A DNA stretch of 64,000 nt, from positions 90,020 through 154,019 of the forward strand of contig CADAJN010000001.1 of assembly GCA_902788365.1 (NCBI GenBank), given 5' to 3'. The DNA comes from an uncultured Pseudomonadota bacterium (GTDB taxonomy: Bacteria > Pseudomonadota > Alphaproteobacteria > RF32 > CAG-239). Both the position numbers and the translations under genes were made by a program. How positions within the stretch are numbered: the first letter of the stretch is position 1; each line of letters begins with the position of its first letter. The notes below the pieces were generated by a model. The model did no database searches. It saw nothing but the letters and a program-made list of their open reading frames with translations, and was not told the origin of the DNA. This document shows, piece by piece, positions 28,650-39,176 of the stretch.

Positions 28650-29845
28650 TAAATTTTCTTTTCTATCAGCGCGCGGTTGCGCAAATCTTTCATATATTTC
28701 GTGGCGTATTCTTCAAGCTTTTTATTTTCCAAAAACTTACGCACATTTTGACGCGTCGGCATATCATCTTTGTCGTAGCTCGGATTAAACACTTTTTCAA
28801 GTTTGAAAATGTAATAATCATCTCCATAGGAAATCGCCTTAGATACACCGCCTTCTTTCAAGTTTACAAAACCCTGTTCCAGCGCCGCCGGCATTTTGCC
28901 CTTTGGCACCCAACCCAATTTACCGCCGTTGGCCGCACTCGGGCTTTGTGAAAATTGCATGGCATACATTTCAAAGCGCGGATCTTTGCGCAAAACCTCT
29001 ACCAACTGATTGATGTTTTTGGCGTCCTTTTTGTTAATCACAATTTCCGACACCATAAACTTTTGCACTTTCATGCTTTTGTTCATGTCTTTAAGAACTT
29101 GGCTAATCTCGCTTTCGCTGACGTGTGCCACCGAAAAGGCCTTGCTTTGCAACAACTTATGCCAAGCAATATCAGCTTCTATCTGCGCTATCCAAATTGT
29201 CATACTAACATTGGCTTCGGCCAAAATTTGTTGCAACTGCCCCGGCTGCATTTTATTTTCCTGTTCAAATGCACGCACGGCTCTTTTAATTTCTTCGCGG
29301 CTAACCCGAATGTTATTCTTTTTGGCTTCCTGAACTTTGAGCTTTTCATCAATCGCTGCCTGCAAAACTTTTTCGGTAATCATGCCTTTGGTTTGCGCAT
29401 TATACGGAATACCGGTGGTTAAAATAAACGCATTGATACGGCTTTGCATATCATTACTGCTGATGACTTCGCCGTTAACCAATGCATAAATTTTAAGTTT
29501 GTTGCCATATAAGGTTATCGGCTTTAAAGCCTCGGCACGACGGCGCGCTTCTTCCTCTCTGGCTTGTTGTTCAGCCATACGACGCGCATATTCCTGTTGT
29601 TGACGGCGCATTTCTTCGGCCTGACGACGCGCTTCTTCGCGTTGTGCTTCAATAGCGGCTTTTTCTTCGTCCGATAATTGCCGATATTGCTCGGCGTTGC
29701 GACGAAACATAATGGAATTATTGGTTGGATCTATTACTGCACGCGAATCGGCATCTAAAGCTTGCAAATCTACATTTGCCGCACTTGCCGCCATCATCGG
29801 CAAAATTGCAGCGCCTAAACCTATTAACAGAGCATATTTTTTCAT
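28649..29845 (-). CDS. surA: SurA-like periplasmic chaperone / parvulin PPIase
   Basis: Signal peptide; charged R/E/A-rich coiled-coil; C-terminal parvulin domain (GGKLGWVPKG...); surA-ksgA synteny downstream of lptD. Confidence 0.7.
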   Translation of the reverse strand: MKKYALLIGLGAAILPMMAASAANVDLQALDADSRAVIDPTNNSIMFRRNAEQYRQLSDEEKAAIEAQREEARRQAEEMRRQQQEYARRMAEQQAREEEARRRAEALKPITLYGNKLKIYALVNGEVISSNDMQSRINAFILTTGIPYNAQTKGMITEKVLQAAIDEKLKVQEAKKNNIRVSREEIKRAVRAFEQENKMQPGQLQQILAEANVSMTIWIAQIEADIAWHKLLQSKAFSVAHVSESEISQVLKDMNKSMKVQKFMVSEIVINKKDAKNINQLVEVLRKDPRFEMYAMQFSQSPSAANGGKLGWVPKGKMPAALEQGFVNLKEGGVSKAISYGDDYYIFKLEKVFNPSYDKDDMPTRQNVRKFLENKKLEEYATKYMKDLRNRALIEKKI

Positions 29846-29859
29846 TTTTTCTCCTTTTG

Positions 29860-32148
29860 TTATGAGCCGAAACTGCCCAAGGTTTTCAAATAAAACGTCA
29901 TTCCGACTTCGTAATCGTTTTTCAAATCAGGATTTGATGAATTATATTTTTTAAACACCGTATCCCATTTAAAACATTCGTCTTCATAGCTCACCGTGCC
30001 ACCGTGTTCCAAATTACCTTTACTCTTGGCGGTCAAATCGCGCAAATTATATACGCTGGCCGACCAATTCTGCGAAATTTTCGCACTCAGTGATGTATAT
30101 AATTCCTTACGCTCAGAATACAAATCATTATAATACGTATTTCCTTGCAAAAAAATGTATGAGGCTGTGGCTCGCAAAAAATTCGGTCCGATTGTTGTTC
30201 CTAACTCGCTATATTTGGCATCCAGTGTTTTTTTATCTAAGCGGAAGCGATAATCAAGGCTCCAATACTGATTCGGTTCGGCATTGATGCGACCGACCAA
30301 ATCACTGAAATGTGATTTATCATCATTATCAAGATTTTTCAAAAAGCTTGAATCGCGGCTTTTTTCATAAGTCTGAGCAATGAACGATGATGTGCGGCCG
30401 ATAATATTGCCGTATGTGCTCCAGCGCAAACCATAACTCACGCGGCTGCCCGTATCGTTGCGGTCATATCCGGCATAACGATTCAAATCAAGCACGTTGG
30501 TGTCATCATAATAAACATCAGCACTGTCTTCATTCGGAATTTTATCGGTTTTATTATTGCCGTTCGGCGCGATCACACCCACCACAACCGGCTCTAAAAT
30601 TTGGCGCGATGTTTCGGTCGCACGCACAAACGGTAAGCGCCACTCCATTCCCATTTGCGGGAAAAAGCGCGCCGTGGTGCCGGTATAAGAATCATTCGGC
30701 ATATATTGATAGCGATTGATATAATAAGCATCCGACTTCAAAGAAGCCACAAAGCGATATTTTTCGCCAAAGCGACTGGTCATCGGCAATTCCCAAGAAT
30801 TGATAGATGTCACGCGTTGAGTTTCGGAACCGTTTTGATGATACACCGAGGCCGTGCTTAAATTGGTTTTAAAATAAGCACCATATTTATTCGGGTCAGA
30901 ATAAATCTCGGCTTCCACCAAAGGCGCCACAAAAGGCTTGCGCTTGTTAATGGCACGATATTGATTAGCGTTACCGCGGTGTAAATTATAACTCAACATT
31001 TTATAATAAAAGGCTTCTATTGAAGCATAGTTACGACCGTTAAAACGCTCAAATTTAATTTCTGAGTTCAGCCATGCATCATCTTCATACGGCAAGCTCA
31101 AATCTTTAAGATACACATAATCCGACACATATTTTAAATCATAGCTCATGCGCCAATAGTCATTGATATCATAAAGACCGCTGGCAAATAAATGTCCTCT
31201 GTTCTTATTGCGTTTGCCTTCGTTATCTTTCAAGAAACTGGCGTCTATACTGGTGTATGCATTATAAAAATATTGCTTATATGAGCCCATCAGCACCGGA
31301 TCTTTATCTGATGAAAAAATCGGTGCCAAAAACACATTGGTTTGGTCGTTCACCGCCCAAAAATAACGAGGCTGAAACAGTGCGCCCAAATAATTGGAGC
31401 TACCGATAGTCGGCATCATAAAACCGGAACGGCGTTTAACCGTCGGGTCCGGATGCGATAGAAACGGCGTGTAAAACACCGGCACGCCTTTAATGTGCAC
31501 CACCGCATCATTATAGTTCATATTTTGGTCAATTTCATCGTGTTGCACTTTACGGGCACTAACCAACCACAGCGGCTTTTTGCCCTCGCAAAGATCGCAT
31601 GCCGTATATGTGGCGTTATACATTACTTTTGTGTTATTATCCTTTTTGCGAAATCTTTTTGCCGTTACCTGCGACTTATCTTTCAACATCGCTTTCACAA
31701 AATGCATTTCTCCGATACTCATCTTGTCTGCCAACGACACTTCTTGCCCATAAACGATAGAGCCGTCCGAAGCAAACAAGCGCACATTACCTCTGGCCGT
31801 TATCACATCGGTCTGCCGATCATAAATCAGCTCGTCGGTTTCCAAATGCATATTGTTATAGTCAACCTCTACGTTGCCTTTAGCCATGACGGTATCGGCT
31901 TTATCATCGTTAATCATTTCGTCGGCACTGAAATTGACCGGTTCATCAGTTGCTTCATTTGCCTCGGGCACTTTGGTATCAACATCCAGTATGTTATTTG
32001 TAACATATAAATTACCCTTAGGCTTATGTTCCGATTTACGTTGAATTTCTCCAGCCTCAGATACCGCGCTTGCCGGTTGGCAAACGCCCAAAAACGCACC
32101 GCCGAACAAAGCCGTTAAAACAAACAATTTGCAATTAAATTTCATCAA
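29860..32148 (-). CDS. lptD: LPS-assembly outer-membrane protein LptD
   Basis: 762 aa; signal peptide; N-terminal OstA-like domain and C-terminal beta-barrel rich in Y/aromatic strands; overlaps lptF/G. Confidence 0.85.
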   Translation of the reverse strand: MMKFNCKLFVLTALFGGAFLGVCQPASAVSEAGEIQRKSEHKPKGNLYVTNNILDVDTKVPEANEATDEPVNFSADEMINDDKADTVMAKGNVEVDYNNMHLETDELIYDRQTDVITARGNVRLFASDGSIVYGQEVSLADKMSIGEMHFVKAMLKDKSQVTAKRFRKKDNNTKVMYNATYTACDLCEGKKPLWLVSARKVQHDEIDQNMNYNDAVVHIKGVPVFYTPFLSHPDPTVKRRSGFMMPTIGSSNYLGALFQPRYFWAVNDQTNVFLAPIFSSDKDPVLMGSYKQYFYNAYTSIDASFLKDNEGKRNKNRGHLFASGLYDINDYWRMSYDLKYVSDYVYLKDLSLPYEDDAWLNSEIKFERFNGRNYASIEAFYYKMLSYNLHRGNANQYRAINKRKPFVAPLVEAEIYSDPNKYGAYFKTNLSTASVYHQNGSETQRVTSINSWELPMTSRFGEKYRFVASLKSDAYYINRYQYMPNDSYTGTTARFFPQMGMEWRLPFVRATETSRQILEPVVVGVIAPNGNNKTDKIPNEDSADVYYDDTNVLDLNRYAGYDRNDTGSRVSYGLRWSTYGNIIGRTSSFIAQTYEKSRDSSFLKNLDNDDKSHFSDLVGRINAEPNQYWSLDYRFRLDKKTLDAKYSELGTTIGPNFLRATASYIFLQGNTYYNDLYSERKELYTSLSAKISQNWSASVYNLRDLTAKSKGNLEHGGTVSYEDECFKWDTVFKKYNSSNPDLKNDYEVGMTFYLKTLGSFGS

Positions 32149-33265
32149 AATTTTTCCTCGCGGTTATATGCCGATGCCAATAAAACGGACTATAAAACCA
32201 TAGCAGATATAAACAAATAAGCAACGGCAACAAACAATTTATATACAACATAGGCAACACATAAAGCGACCGGCCGGCCAAATTCGTCCAGATTAAATCG
32301 CCACCGCTAACGGCAATCATTGCCAACACTTCTAAAGAAATAATTTTTGCCTGACCGCGACGATTAAACAAACCGACCAACAAACCGACACAGGCCATTA
32401 ACGCAAACACCAAATTATAAAGCGGTGCCACAATGCGACGATGCGCTTCTACAATATCTTTACGCACTTCCTGCGGAGTCAGATTCGGATTTTTGGCGGC
32501 ATGTAACAATTCCCAAAAATTTTTCTCGCGCACGCTGGCGTTCTTTTTTTGACGCTTGTCAATATTATTAAATTCTGCCGAATAGCGTGAAAAGACCAAA
32601 GTATTAAATTTGAAATCTTTTTTATTTATTTCTTGACGCACACCGTTAATAAACAATATTCGCGAACCTTTATCGGTTTGTATTAACCTGCCCTTTTCCG
32701 CAGTCAATGTAGTCTTTATATCCGGTTTGGTTTCATCACTGACAAAAATACCGTTAACCGAACCATCATCGTTATGCTTATCAATAAAAATCACCAAACC
32801 GTTTTTTAGGGTAGTAAATTCACCTTCACGAAAAATCATTTGTGTCAGATTATTTTTAACCCGCCACTCCAAATCGCGAAAACGTTGTTCAGCTATCGGC
32901 ACACCCCAATTCATCACATAAATATTGAAAAACACCAACAGCAAACCAACCAACAACGCCCCTTTGGCGTTTTGCCACGGGCTGATGCCCGACGATTGCA
33001 TGGCTACCAGTTCGCGGTCGGCATTCAGCCGATTATACACAAACAAAACAGAAACAAAGACGGCAATCGGCGACAAAACATTAAAAATACGCGGCATCAA
33101 AAGCGACGTCATTTCCGCAAATAAATAAACCGGCAAACCTTGTCTGGTAACCATTTCCACAAAACGAAGCGACTGTGTGAGCCATAACATGGTCAACAGC
33201 GAGAAAGACACCAACAAAAAGCCTATAAAAACCTGCTTTGCAATATATCGCGTTAATATTCTCAT
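32135..33265 (-). CDS. lptF: LPS export ABC permease, LptF/LptG (YjgP/YjgQ) family
   Basis: Six-TM permease pattern; start taken at MRILTRYIAKQ (ATG 33265); overlaps lptD start. Confidence 0.7.
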   Translation of the reverse strand: MRILTRYIAKQVFIGFLLVSFSLLTMLWLTQSLRFVEMVTRQGLPVYLFAEMTSLLMPRIFNVLSPIAVFVSVLFVYNRLNADRELVAMQSSGISPWQNAKGALLVGLLLVFFNIYVMNWGVPIAEQRFRDLEWRVKNNLTQMIFREGEFTTLKNGLVIFIDKHNDDGSVNGIFVSDETKPDIKTTLTAEKGRLIQTDKGSRILFINGVRQEINKKDFKFNTLVFSRYSAEFNNIDKRQKKNASVREKNFWELLHAAKNPNLTPQEVRKDIVEAHRRIVAPLYNLVFALMACVGLLVGLFNRRGQAKIISLEVLAMIAVSGGDLIWTNLAGRSLYVLPMLYINCLLPLLICLYLLWFYSPFYWHRHITARKNFDEI

Positions 33266-33329
33266 AGGTTTGATTATATCGGCATTTTTGTGAATGCAAA
33301 TAAATATTTGCAAGATATACCACAAAAAT

Positions 33330-33362
33330 AAAAAAAGTCGCCGTTTTCTGCGGCGACTTAAA
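33330..33362 (-). terminator. Intrinsic terminator downstream of rpmB
   Basis: Minus strand aagtcgccgcagaaaacggcgactt followed by a T-run. Confidence 0.6.
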
Positions 33363-33388
33363 AGTTCATGACTTTATAATTCTCAAGA

Positions 33389-33676
33389 TTATGCTTTAGC
33401 TTGTTTTGATTGAATAGATTTTTTAATTTGCTTAGCTTCTTCGGTTAATTTGGTATTTGAAGTTTTTGCCAAATAAGAATCCAATCCGCCATTGTGTTCA
33501 ATTGAACGCAAAGTTTTAGAGCAAATCTTAAGTTTAAACACTTTATTCAATGTTTCGCTGAACAGCGATACAACTTGCAAGTTAGGCATAAAACGACGAC
33601 GCGTTTTGTTATTGGCATGGCTAACGTTGTTGCCGCTCTGAACGCCGGTGCCCAAAATTTCACATTTTTTTGACAT
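33389..33676 (-). CDS. rpmB: 50S ribosomal protein L28
   Basis: MSKKCEILGTGVQSGNNVSHANNKTRRRFMPNLQ. Confidence 0.9.
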   Translation of the reverse strand: MSKKCEILGTGVQSGNNVSHANNKTRRRFMPNLQVVSLFSETLNKVFKLKICSKTLRSIEHNGGLDSYLAKTSNTKLTEEAKQIKKSIQSKQAKA

Positions 33677-33804
33677 TTTTAATTTTCCTTAAGTTAAATT
33701 TAACAATATTGTTACGGACTAATACCTTAATTTGAAACATAAGTCAAGCAAAAATATTACGAAAACGTAAAAAATACACTGTTTGACGTTTTGAATCTTT
33801 GAAG

Positions 33805-33840
33805 GCGCAAAAAAACACCGCTGCTGAGCGGTGTTTTCTT
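33805..33840 (-). terminator. Intrinsic terminator downstream of rplI
   Basis: aacaccgctcagcagcggtgtt hairpin followed by ttttttt on the minus strand. Confidence 0.6.
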
Positions 33841-33868
33841 AAAGCATTTTGCGCTTGTCTGCCAAAAA

Positions 33869-34354
33869 TTATTCTTGGCTGTAAGCTTTGGCTTGTTTTT
33901 TAGCATCTTCTGCGCTTCTGGCCACATTAACCAAAATGGTTTGGCTCACTTCCGGATGCAGATTGATTTTAACTTGGTAAATTCCCAAATCTTTAATCGG
34001 TTTTTCCAGATAAACAAAGCGACGAGCTACATCAAAGCCGGCATCTTTTATGGCACCGGCAATGTCGCGAATGGTCACCGAACCATATAACTGGCCGGTT
34101 TCCGCCGCTTGACGAATCAGAACCGCACTAAAACCGTTCAGCGATTCAGCCAACTTGGAGGCCGATTCAAATAATTCTTTATTATGTGCTTCCAAAGCTG
34201 CTTTTTGAGCTTCAAAATAAGCCATATTGGCGTCTGTTGCGCGCAAAGCTTTTTGCTGCGGCAACAAATAGTTGCGGGCATAACCGTTCTTTACATTAAC
34301 TTTGTCGCCCATTTTGCCTAATTTTTCAACGTGTTCAAGTAAAATGACTTCCAT
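33869..34354 (-). CDS. rplI: 50S ribosomal protein L9
   Basis: MEVILLEHVEKLGKMGDKVNVKNGYARNYLLPQ. Confidence 0.9.
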   Translation of the reverse strand: MEVILLEHVEKLGKMGDKVNVKNGYARNYLLPQQKALRATDANMAYFEAQKAALEAHNKELFESASKLAESLNGFSAVLIRQAAETGQLYGSVTIRDIAGAIKDAGFDVARRFVYLEKPIKDLGIYQVKINLHPEVSQTILVNVARSAEDAKKQAKAYSQE

Positions 34355-34363
34355 GATACCCTC

Positions 34364-34591
34364 CTACATAGCAACATAAGGCAATAAAGCAATGTAGCGC
34401 GCACGTTTGATGGCACGAGCCAACTCTCTTTGCTTTTTGGCTGAAACAGATGTAATGCGTGACGGAATAATTTTGCCTTTTTCCGAAATATAACGAGAAA
34501 GCAACTTCACGTCTTTATAGTCAATCTTCAGACCGTTTTCACCCGAGAACGGACATGACTTTCTTTTGAAAAATGTTTGTTTTGCTGTCAT
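34364..34591 (-). CDS. rpsR: 30S ribosomal protein S18
   Basis: 75 aa; ...[38 protein letters not shown]. Confidence 0.9.
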   Translation of the reverse strand: MTAKQTFFKRKSCPFSGENGLKIDYKDVKLLSRYISEKGKIIPSRITSVSAKKQRELARAIKRARYIALLPYVAM

Positions 34592-34609
34592 TGTATATTC
34601 TCCTTACGA

Positions 34610-34957
34610 TTATGCTTCAACAACTTCAGCGAGGTCTTCGTCAGAAGTCACTTCATTGTTAAATTCATTTACTTTAACGGTCATATAACGAATAACATCT
34701 TCGTTCAAACGAACACGACGTTCATATTCGCTGATAGCCGTTGCCGGTGCTACAATATTCAGTAAAACATAATAACCTTTACGGTTTTTCTTAATGCGAT
34801 AAGCTAAGTTTTTCAAACCCCAGTTATCAACTTTTACGACTTCGCCGCCTTCTGCCTTAATAACGCCGGTTAATTCTTCAACCAACGTATTAACTTGCGA
34901 GGCGCCTAAGTCTTGACGAGCGATTAACACGCTTTCATAATTTGCCATATTTTTCAT
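34610..34957 (-). CDS. rpsF: 30S ribosomal protein S6
   Basis: MANYESVLIARQDL...; rpsF-rpsR-rplI order. Confidence 0.9.
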   Translation of the reverse strand: MKNMANYESVLIARQDLGASQVNTLVEELTGVIKAEGGEVVKVDNWGLKNLAYRIKKNRKGYYVLLNIVAPATAISEYERRVRLNEDVIRYMTVKVNEFNNEVTSDEDLAEVVEA

Positions 34958-35104
34958 CTCCTTATGGATATCTCAACAAATGGTCAGCCGCCATCTGGCC
35001 GATATGCCGCCAACCGGTTAATGTATAGCCGAATCCGTTAGCATAGAATCCGGCAAGGGACAAGCGCTAATATACATAAAATAAAAGTAAATGCAAGCGT
35101 TTTT
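34958..35104 (-). promoter_or_regulatory. rpsF promoter and structured 5' leader (possible S6:S18 autoregulatory element)
   Basis: Minus strand TTGCAT-17 nt-TATATT, then a GC-rich stem region (ccggttggcgg...ggcggctgacc) before GGAGA RBS. Leader identity is inferred only. Confidence 0.3.
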
Positions 35105-36190
35105 TTATGCTTCAGATTTATTATCTTCAATATCTTTTTTAGATTTAAGTTGACCGCAAGCCGCTAAAATATCCTGACCGCGAGCCACCCGCACCGGTGC
35201 GGCAAATCCGGCATTTTCCAATTCGCGAGCAAAAGCCTTAACCCGACTATTCGGGCTTGGTTGAAACACACATCCCGGCCACGGATTAAACGGAATCAGA
35301 TTAAAACTGGCACGCAAGCCGTATTTTTTCATCAGTGCGATCAATTCATGCGCACATTCCGGCGAATCGTTGATACCGTCAAGCAGCAAATATTCAAATG
35401 TGATGTAACGGCTGCCGTCACCGGATTGATATTTTTGGCATGCACTCAGCACTTCATCAATGGAATAAACGTTGTTAATCGGCATAATTTGTGAGCGCAA
35501 CTTATTATTCGGCGCATGCAGTGAAACCGCCAAGCGCACTCCGGTTCTTTGCAACGCCTCAACAATGCGCGGTGCAATACCGGAAGTAGACATGGTAACG
35601 CGCCGACGCGAAATGGCAATACCGTCGCCGTCAGTTAAAATGTTGAGCGCTTTTATGACATTTTCCATATTATGCAAAGGCTCACCCATACCCATGACGA
35701 CAATATTGGATAAATAGCGCGTTTCATTGGTCGGACTCGGCCATTCGCCGTAAGAATCGCGTGCCACCATAAATTGGCTGACAATTTCAGCGGCGGTTAA
35801 ATTACGCGTCAGTTTCTGACTGCCGGTGTGGCAAAATCGGCACCCCACCGCACAACCGACTTGGGTGGAAATACACACGGCGCCCCGGTCTTCTTCGGGA
35901 ATGTAAACCATTTCCACACGCTGACCGTCAGCAAATTCCAACAACCATTTATGGGTTTTATCGCTTGATATTTGTTCGGTTACGATTTTCGGACGCGTAA
36001 TGGTAAAATTTTCGGCCAGTTTTTGCCGCAACACTTTGGAAAGGTTAGTCATCTGCTCAAAATCGGCAGCGCCGAAATAATAAAGCCATTGCCACAGTTG
36101 CTTGGCACGAAACGATTTTTCGCCGAGCGCCGTCAACGCTGCAGTCAATTCTTCTTTGCTCAGTCCTATGAGTTCGGTTTTATTGCTCAT
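35105..36190 (-). CDS. rlmN: 23S rRNA/tRNA m2A methyltransferase RlmN (radical SAM)
   Basis: CISTQVGCAVGCRFCHTG CxxxCxxC motif; 361 aa. Confidence 0.85.
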   Translation of the reverse strand: MSNKTELIGLSKEELTAALTALGEKSFRAKQLWQWLYYFGAADFEQMTNLSKVLRQKLAENFTITRPKIVTEQISSDKTHKWLLEFADGQRVEMVYIPEEDRGAVCISTQVGCAVGCRFCHTGSQKLTRNLTAAEIVSQFMVARDSYGEWPSPTNETRYLSNIVVMGMGEPLHNMENVIKALNILTDGDGIAISRRRVTMSTSGIAPRIVEALQRTGVRLAVSLHAPNNKLRSQIMPINNVYSIDEVLSACQKYQSGDGSRYITFEYLLLDGINDSPECAHELIALMKKYGLRASFNLIPFNPWPGCVFQPSPNSRVKAFARELENAGFAAPVRVARGQDILAACGQLKSKKDIEDNKSEA

Positions 36191-36193
36191 ACT

Positions 36194-36703
36194 CTATCTT
36201 TTGCACTTGGCCGAAATTGCATTATAGGCCGAAGTAAAGCCCTTGAGCGAATAAGTATCTTTGGTGGCCGTGCCGCGGCTGGAGGTTCCGTCTACAATCA
36301 TGCGACTGCCGCGTTTCATGGCGGCAATCACGTTTTTATCTTCGGCATTACTGACCATCCACGCTTTATCGCCGTCGGTAAAAGTATTGCGAAAACTTTT
36401 GTTACCGATTTTAATTACGAGCGGCGCACCAGATTTAAAAGTATAACCGGCAACAAAACTGACTTCGTCAAACGCCTTTTCGGCCGGACGATGTGTAATA
36501 ATCACATATATGTCGCCACGTTTTGAATATTTTCCTTCGTCTTTTTTCGGCGTTGAGGACATATAGCAAATCAAGTTACCGCCTTCATTATAAGTCCACG
36601 CTGTCCAATCACCGTATTCGCCCAGCACTTTCGGCTGTTCGGCCCGTGCCGGTGCGGCAAAAGCAATAATCAATGCACTCAATACGCATAAAAATCTTAA
36701 CAT
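36194..36703 (-). CDS. ialB: Invasion-associated locus B (IalB)-family periplasmic protein
   Basis: Signal peptide; conserved W...GDW..W and C...C spacing typical of IalB family. Confidence 0.6.
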   Translation of the reverse strand: MLRFLCVLSALIIAFAAPARAEQPKVLGEYGDWTAWTYNEGGNLICYMSSTPKKDEGKYSKRGDIYVIITHRPAEKAFDEVSFVAGYTFKSGAPLVIKIGNKSFRNTFTDGDKAWMVSNAEDKNVIAAMKRGSRMIVDGTSSRGTATKDTYSLKGFTSAYNAISAKCKR

Positions 36704-36799
36704 TTCTGTCCCCTTTTAAATTAATTTGCTTGGATTGTAGCAAAAAATTATGTATAAACTATTAAAAAATTATAAAAATTAAAAGGATTTTTTGCTGTT

Positions 36800-38017
36800 A
36801 TGATGAAGTCCGGTTATTTGGATATGCGTAAAATTGTGCGTTCACCGCACATTGTTAAGTTATTTGAGGCTGTGGAAGAACACGGCGGCACGTTGCGTTT
36901 TGTCGGCGGTGCGGTGCGTGATACATTGGCCGGTTTAAGCGGCTTTGACTTGGACTTAGCCACCGATTTATCACCCGATGAGTTGGTTGAAGCCTGCATG
37001 GATTTTAGGCTTAAAACCATGCCGATCGGTCTGAAATCTGACACTACCGGTGTGGTGATAGATAATCAAATCTTAGAAGTTGCTTCCTTGAAACGCCATG
37101 TTTTGCTTGACAGCGGACGCACCGAAGAAGTTTTTACCGATGATTGGAGTGCCGATGCCGCCGAGCGCGACTTAACCATTAACGCCGTATATGCCGATTT
37201 GCGCGGCAACGTATTTGATTATTATAACGGCATAGATGATTTGGAACACGGCATTGTGCGCTTTATCGGCAATGCCGAATCGCAAATTAAAAAAGACTAT
37301 TTGCGTATTATGCGCTTTTTCCGCTTTTATTCAAAATTTGCCAAAACGCCGATGGATAAAGAGGCTTTAGAGGCCTGCATAAAACTTAAAGATGGTCTGC
37401 GCAGTGTAGCCATTGAGCGGGTGCGTGATGAGCTGTTTAAGCTGCTCGTAACACCGAATGTTACCGAAACGTTGCGTATTATTTTTGATAACGATATTTT
37501 GGGCTATTTTTTGCCGCCGTCGCAACATTTAGATGCTTTATGGCGGCTGACCAAAATTGTGGCCGACGCTCAATATCAAGGTAACTTTTTGCGCCGATTG
37601 TTTGTGCTATATCAGCCGAATGCCAGCGAGGCCGAAAACATTGCCGGTGTGTTGCGCTTTACCAAAAAGCAAAAAGAAACCTTTGTTAAGTGGGCAAAAA
37701 TCAATTTGGATGCCGAACGCATGATTTCGCCGCAAGAGCGCCTGAAATATGTTTATCGTTATGGCAAACAATGGCTGATTGACAAGATTTTGCTGGAAAT
37801 TGCCATTCGTAATTTACACATTAACCGACTGGGGGAAGTGTTGCGTGAGATTGAAAATGCCGTGGTGCCGATTTTTCCGTTGCGCGGCCGTGATGTGGCC
37901 GCTAAAATCAACGACGGTGCACAAATCGGACGAGCCTTGGCAAAGCTGGAACAACGTTGGATTGACAGTGATTTTACCTTAACACGCAACGAACTATTGC
38001 AAACACTTGATATCTAA
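36800..38017 (+). CDS. cca: CCA-adding tRNA nucleotidyltransferase / poly(A) polymerase family
   Basis: Head-domain motif RFVGGAVRDTLAG...DLDLAT; RxxRxxxF probe-helix region (RIMRFFRF). Confidence 0.8.
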   Translation: MMKSGYLDMRKIVRSPHIVKLFEAVEEHGGTLRFVGGAVRDTLAGLSGFDLDLATDLSPDELVEACMDFRLKTMPIGLKSDTTGVVIDNQILEVASLKRHVLLDSGRTEEVFTDDWSADAAERDLTINAVYADLRGNVFDYYNGIDDLEHGIVRFIGNAESQIKKDYLRIMRFFRFYSKFAKTPMDKEALEACIKLKDGLRSVAIERVRDELFKLLVTPNVTETLRIIFDNDILGYFLPPSQHLDALWRLTKIVADAQYQGNFLRRLFVLYQPNASEAENIAGVLRFTKKQKETFVKWAKINLDAERMISPQERLKYVYRYGKQWLIDKILLEIAIRNLHINRLGEVLREIENAVVPIFPLRGRDVAAKINDGAQIGRALAKLEQRWIDSDFTLTRNELLQTLDI

Positions 38018-38103
38018 ATTTAAAAAATATCAAAGACTACCGCGGTTTGGCTTGACGATTGCGGTTTTTTGCGCTTAAATAAAACAAATTTTTACGGAGG
38101 AAA

Positions 38104-38379
38104 ATGATGTTAATATTTGAAATTTGCGGCTACATCGCCGGCATTTGCACGGCTGTCTGTTTTTTGCCGCAAACCGTTAAGACCATTCGCACCCATGATG
38201 TGGCGGGACTGTCTTTGCTCAGTTATATTGTTTATGCCCTCGGCATGCTGTGTTGGATTATTTACGGCTATTCGCTGCAATCGGTGCAAATGATTATTTT
38301 TAATGCACCGGCGTTGATTTTTGCGTTGCTGATTATCTGGCAGATTTTGCATCGTTCAAATACCGGAATCAAACAATGA
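38104..38379 (+). CDS. SemiSWEET / PQ-loop small sugar transporter
   Basis: 91 aa, three TM helices, FLPQ motif in TM1; overlaps start of next gene (ATGA). Confidence 0.6.
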   Translation: MMLIFEICGYIAGICTAVCFLPQTVKTIRTHDVAGLSLLSYIVYALGMLCWIIYGYSLQSVQMIIFNAPALIFALLIIWQILHRSNTGIKQ

Positions 38380-39176
38380 AAATTTTAGCGTTTGACATTG
38401 GCGGCAGTAAAATTGCTTACGGATTAGTCAACGGTCGCGGCCTTTTGGCTTCCGAAATTACAACCCTTAGAACACCACAAAACAGCACGGCTATTGCCGC
38501 CGTTTTTGAACAAGCAGCACGGCAATATAAGGCTGACGGTTTAGCCGTGGCCACCGCCGGTGTGGTTTTTAATAACAAAGTATTGGGCAAACCGAACAAT
38601 TTACCGACCGGATATGAAAACTTAGATTTCTCCGCATTGACCGGTTTACCGGCGCTGATTGAAAATGATGCCAATGCCGCGGCTTGGTCCGAATATAAAA
38701 TCGGGGCGCTGAAAAATAAGCAACACGCCATGATATTAACACTTGGCACCGGCGTGGGATGTGGTCTTATTTTAAACGGTGCGCTCTATTACGGCAAAAC
38801 CGGTGCGTCCGGCGAAGTGAGATACCCTTTTGCCGGCTGTGATTTGGCCAAAGCGGCACAACAAAACGGGCTAAATGAGAGTGATTGTTTCAAGATTTAT
38901 GAATTGGCTCGCCAAGGTCAACTTGGTGCTATGCACGCTTATGAAAACTGGCAAAAAAGTTTGGTAACGGCGATTATTGAAATCAATCAGCTGCTTGATA
39001 TTGAAGCCGTCGCACTTTCCGGCAGTTTGGCCAAAATCGTTAATTATACTCATATTGAAACGGCCGTTAATGCCCGCACTTATCATAATCCGCTGAAAAT
39101 TTTATCGGCAAAATGCGGGGCAGCAGCCGGGTTAATCGGCGCGGCACTCTTGTTCAAGGAGAAAAACCATGGCTAA
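38376..39176 (+). CDS. ROK/ASKHA-family sugar kinase (putative N-acetylglucosamine kinase)
   Basis: N-terminal ILAFDIGGSKIAYGL; LTLGTGVGCGLILNG; lacks a clear Cys-rich Zn motif. Confidence 0.55.
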   Translation: MKILAFDIGGSKIAYGLVNGRGLLASEITTLRTPQNSTAIAAVFEQAARQYKADGLAVATAGVVFNNKVLGKPNNLPTGYENLDFSALTGLPALIENDANAAAWSEYKIGALKNKQHAMILTLGTGVGCGLILNGALYYGKTGASGEVRYPFAGCDLAKAAQQNGLNESDCFKIYELARQGQLGAMHAYENWQKSLVTAIIEINQLLDIEAVALSGSLAKIVNYTHIETAVNARTYHNPLKILSAKCGAAAGLIGAALLFKEKNHG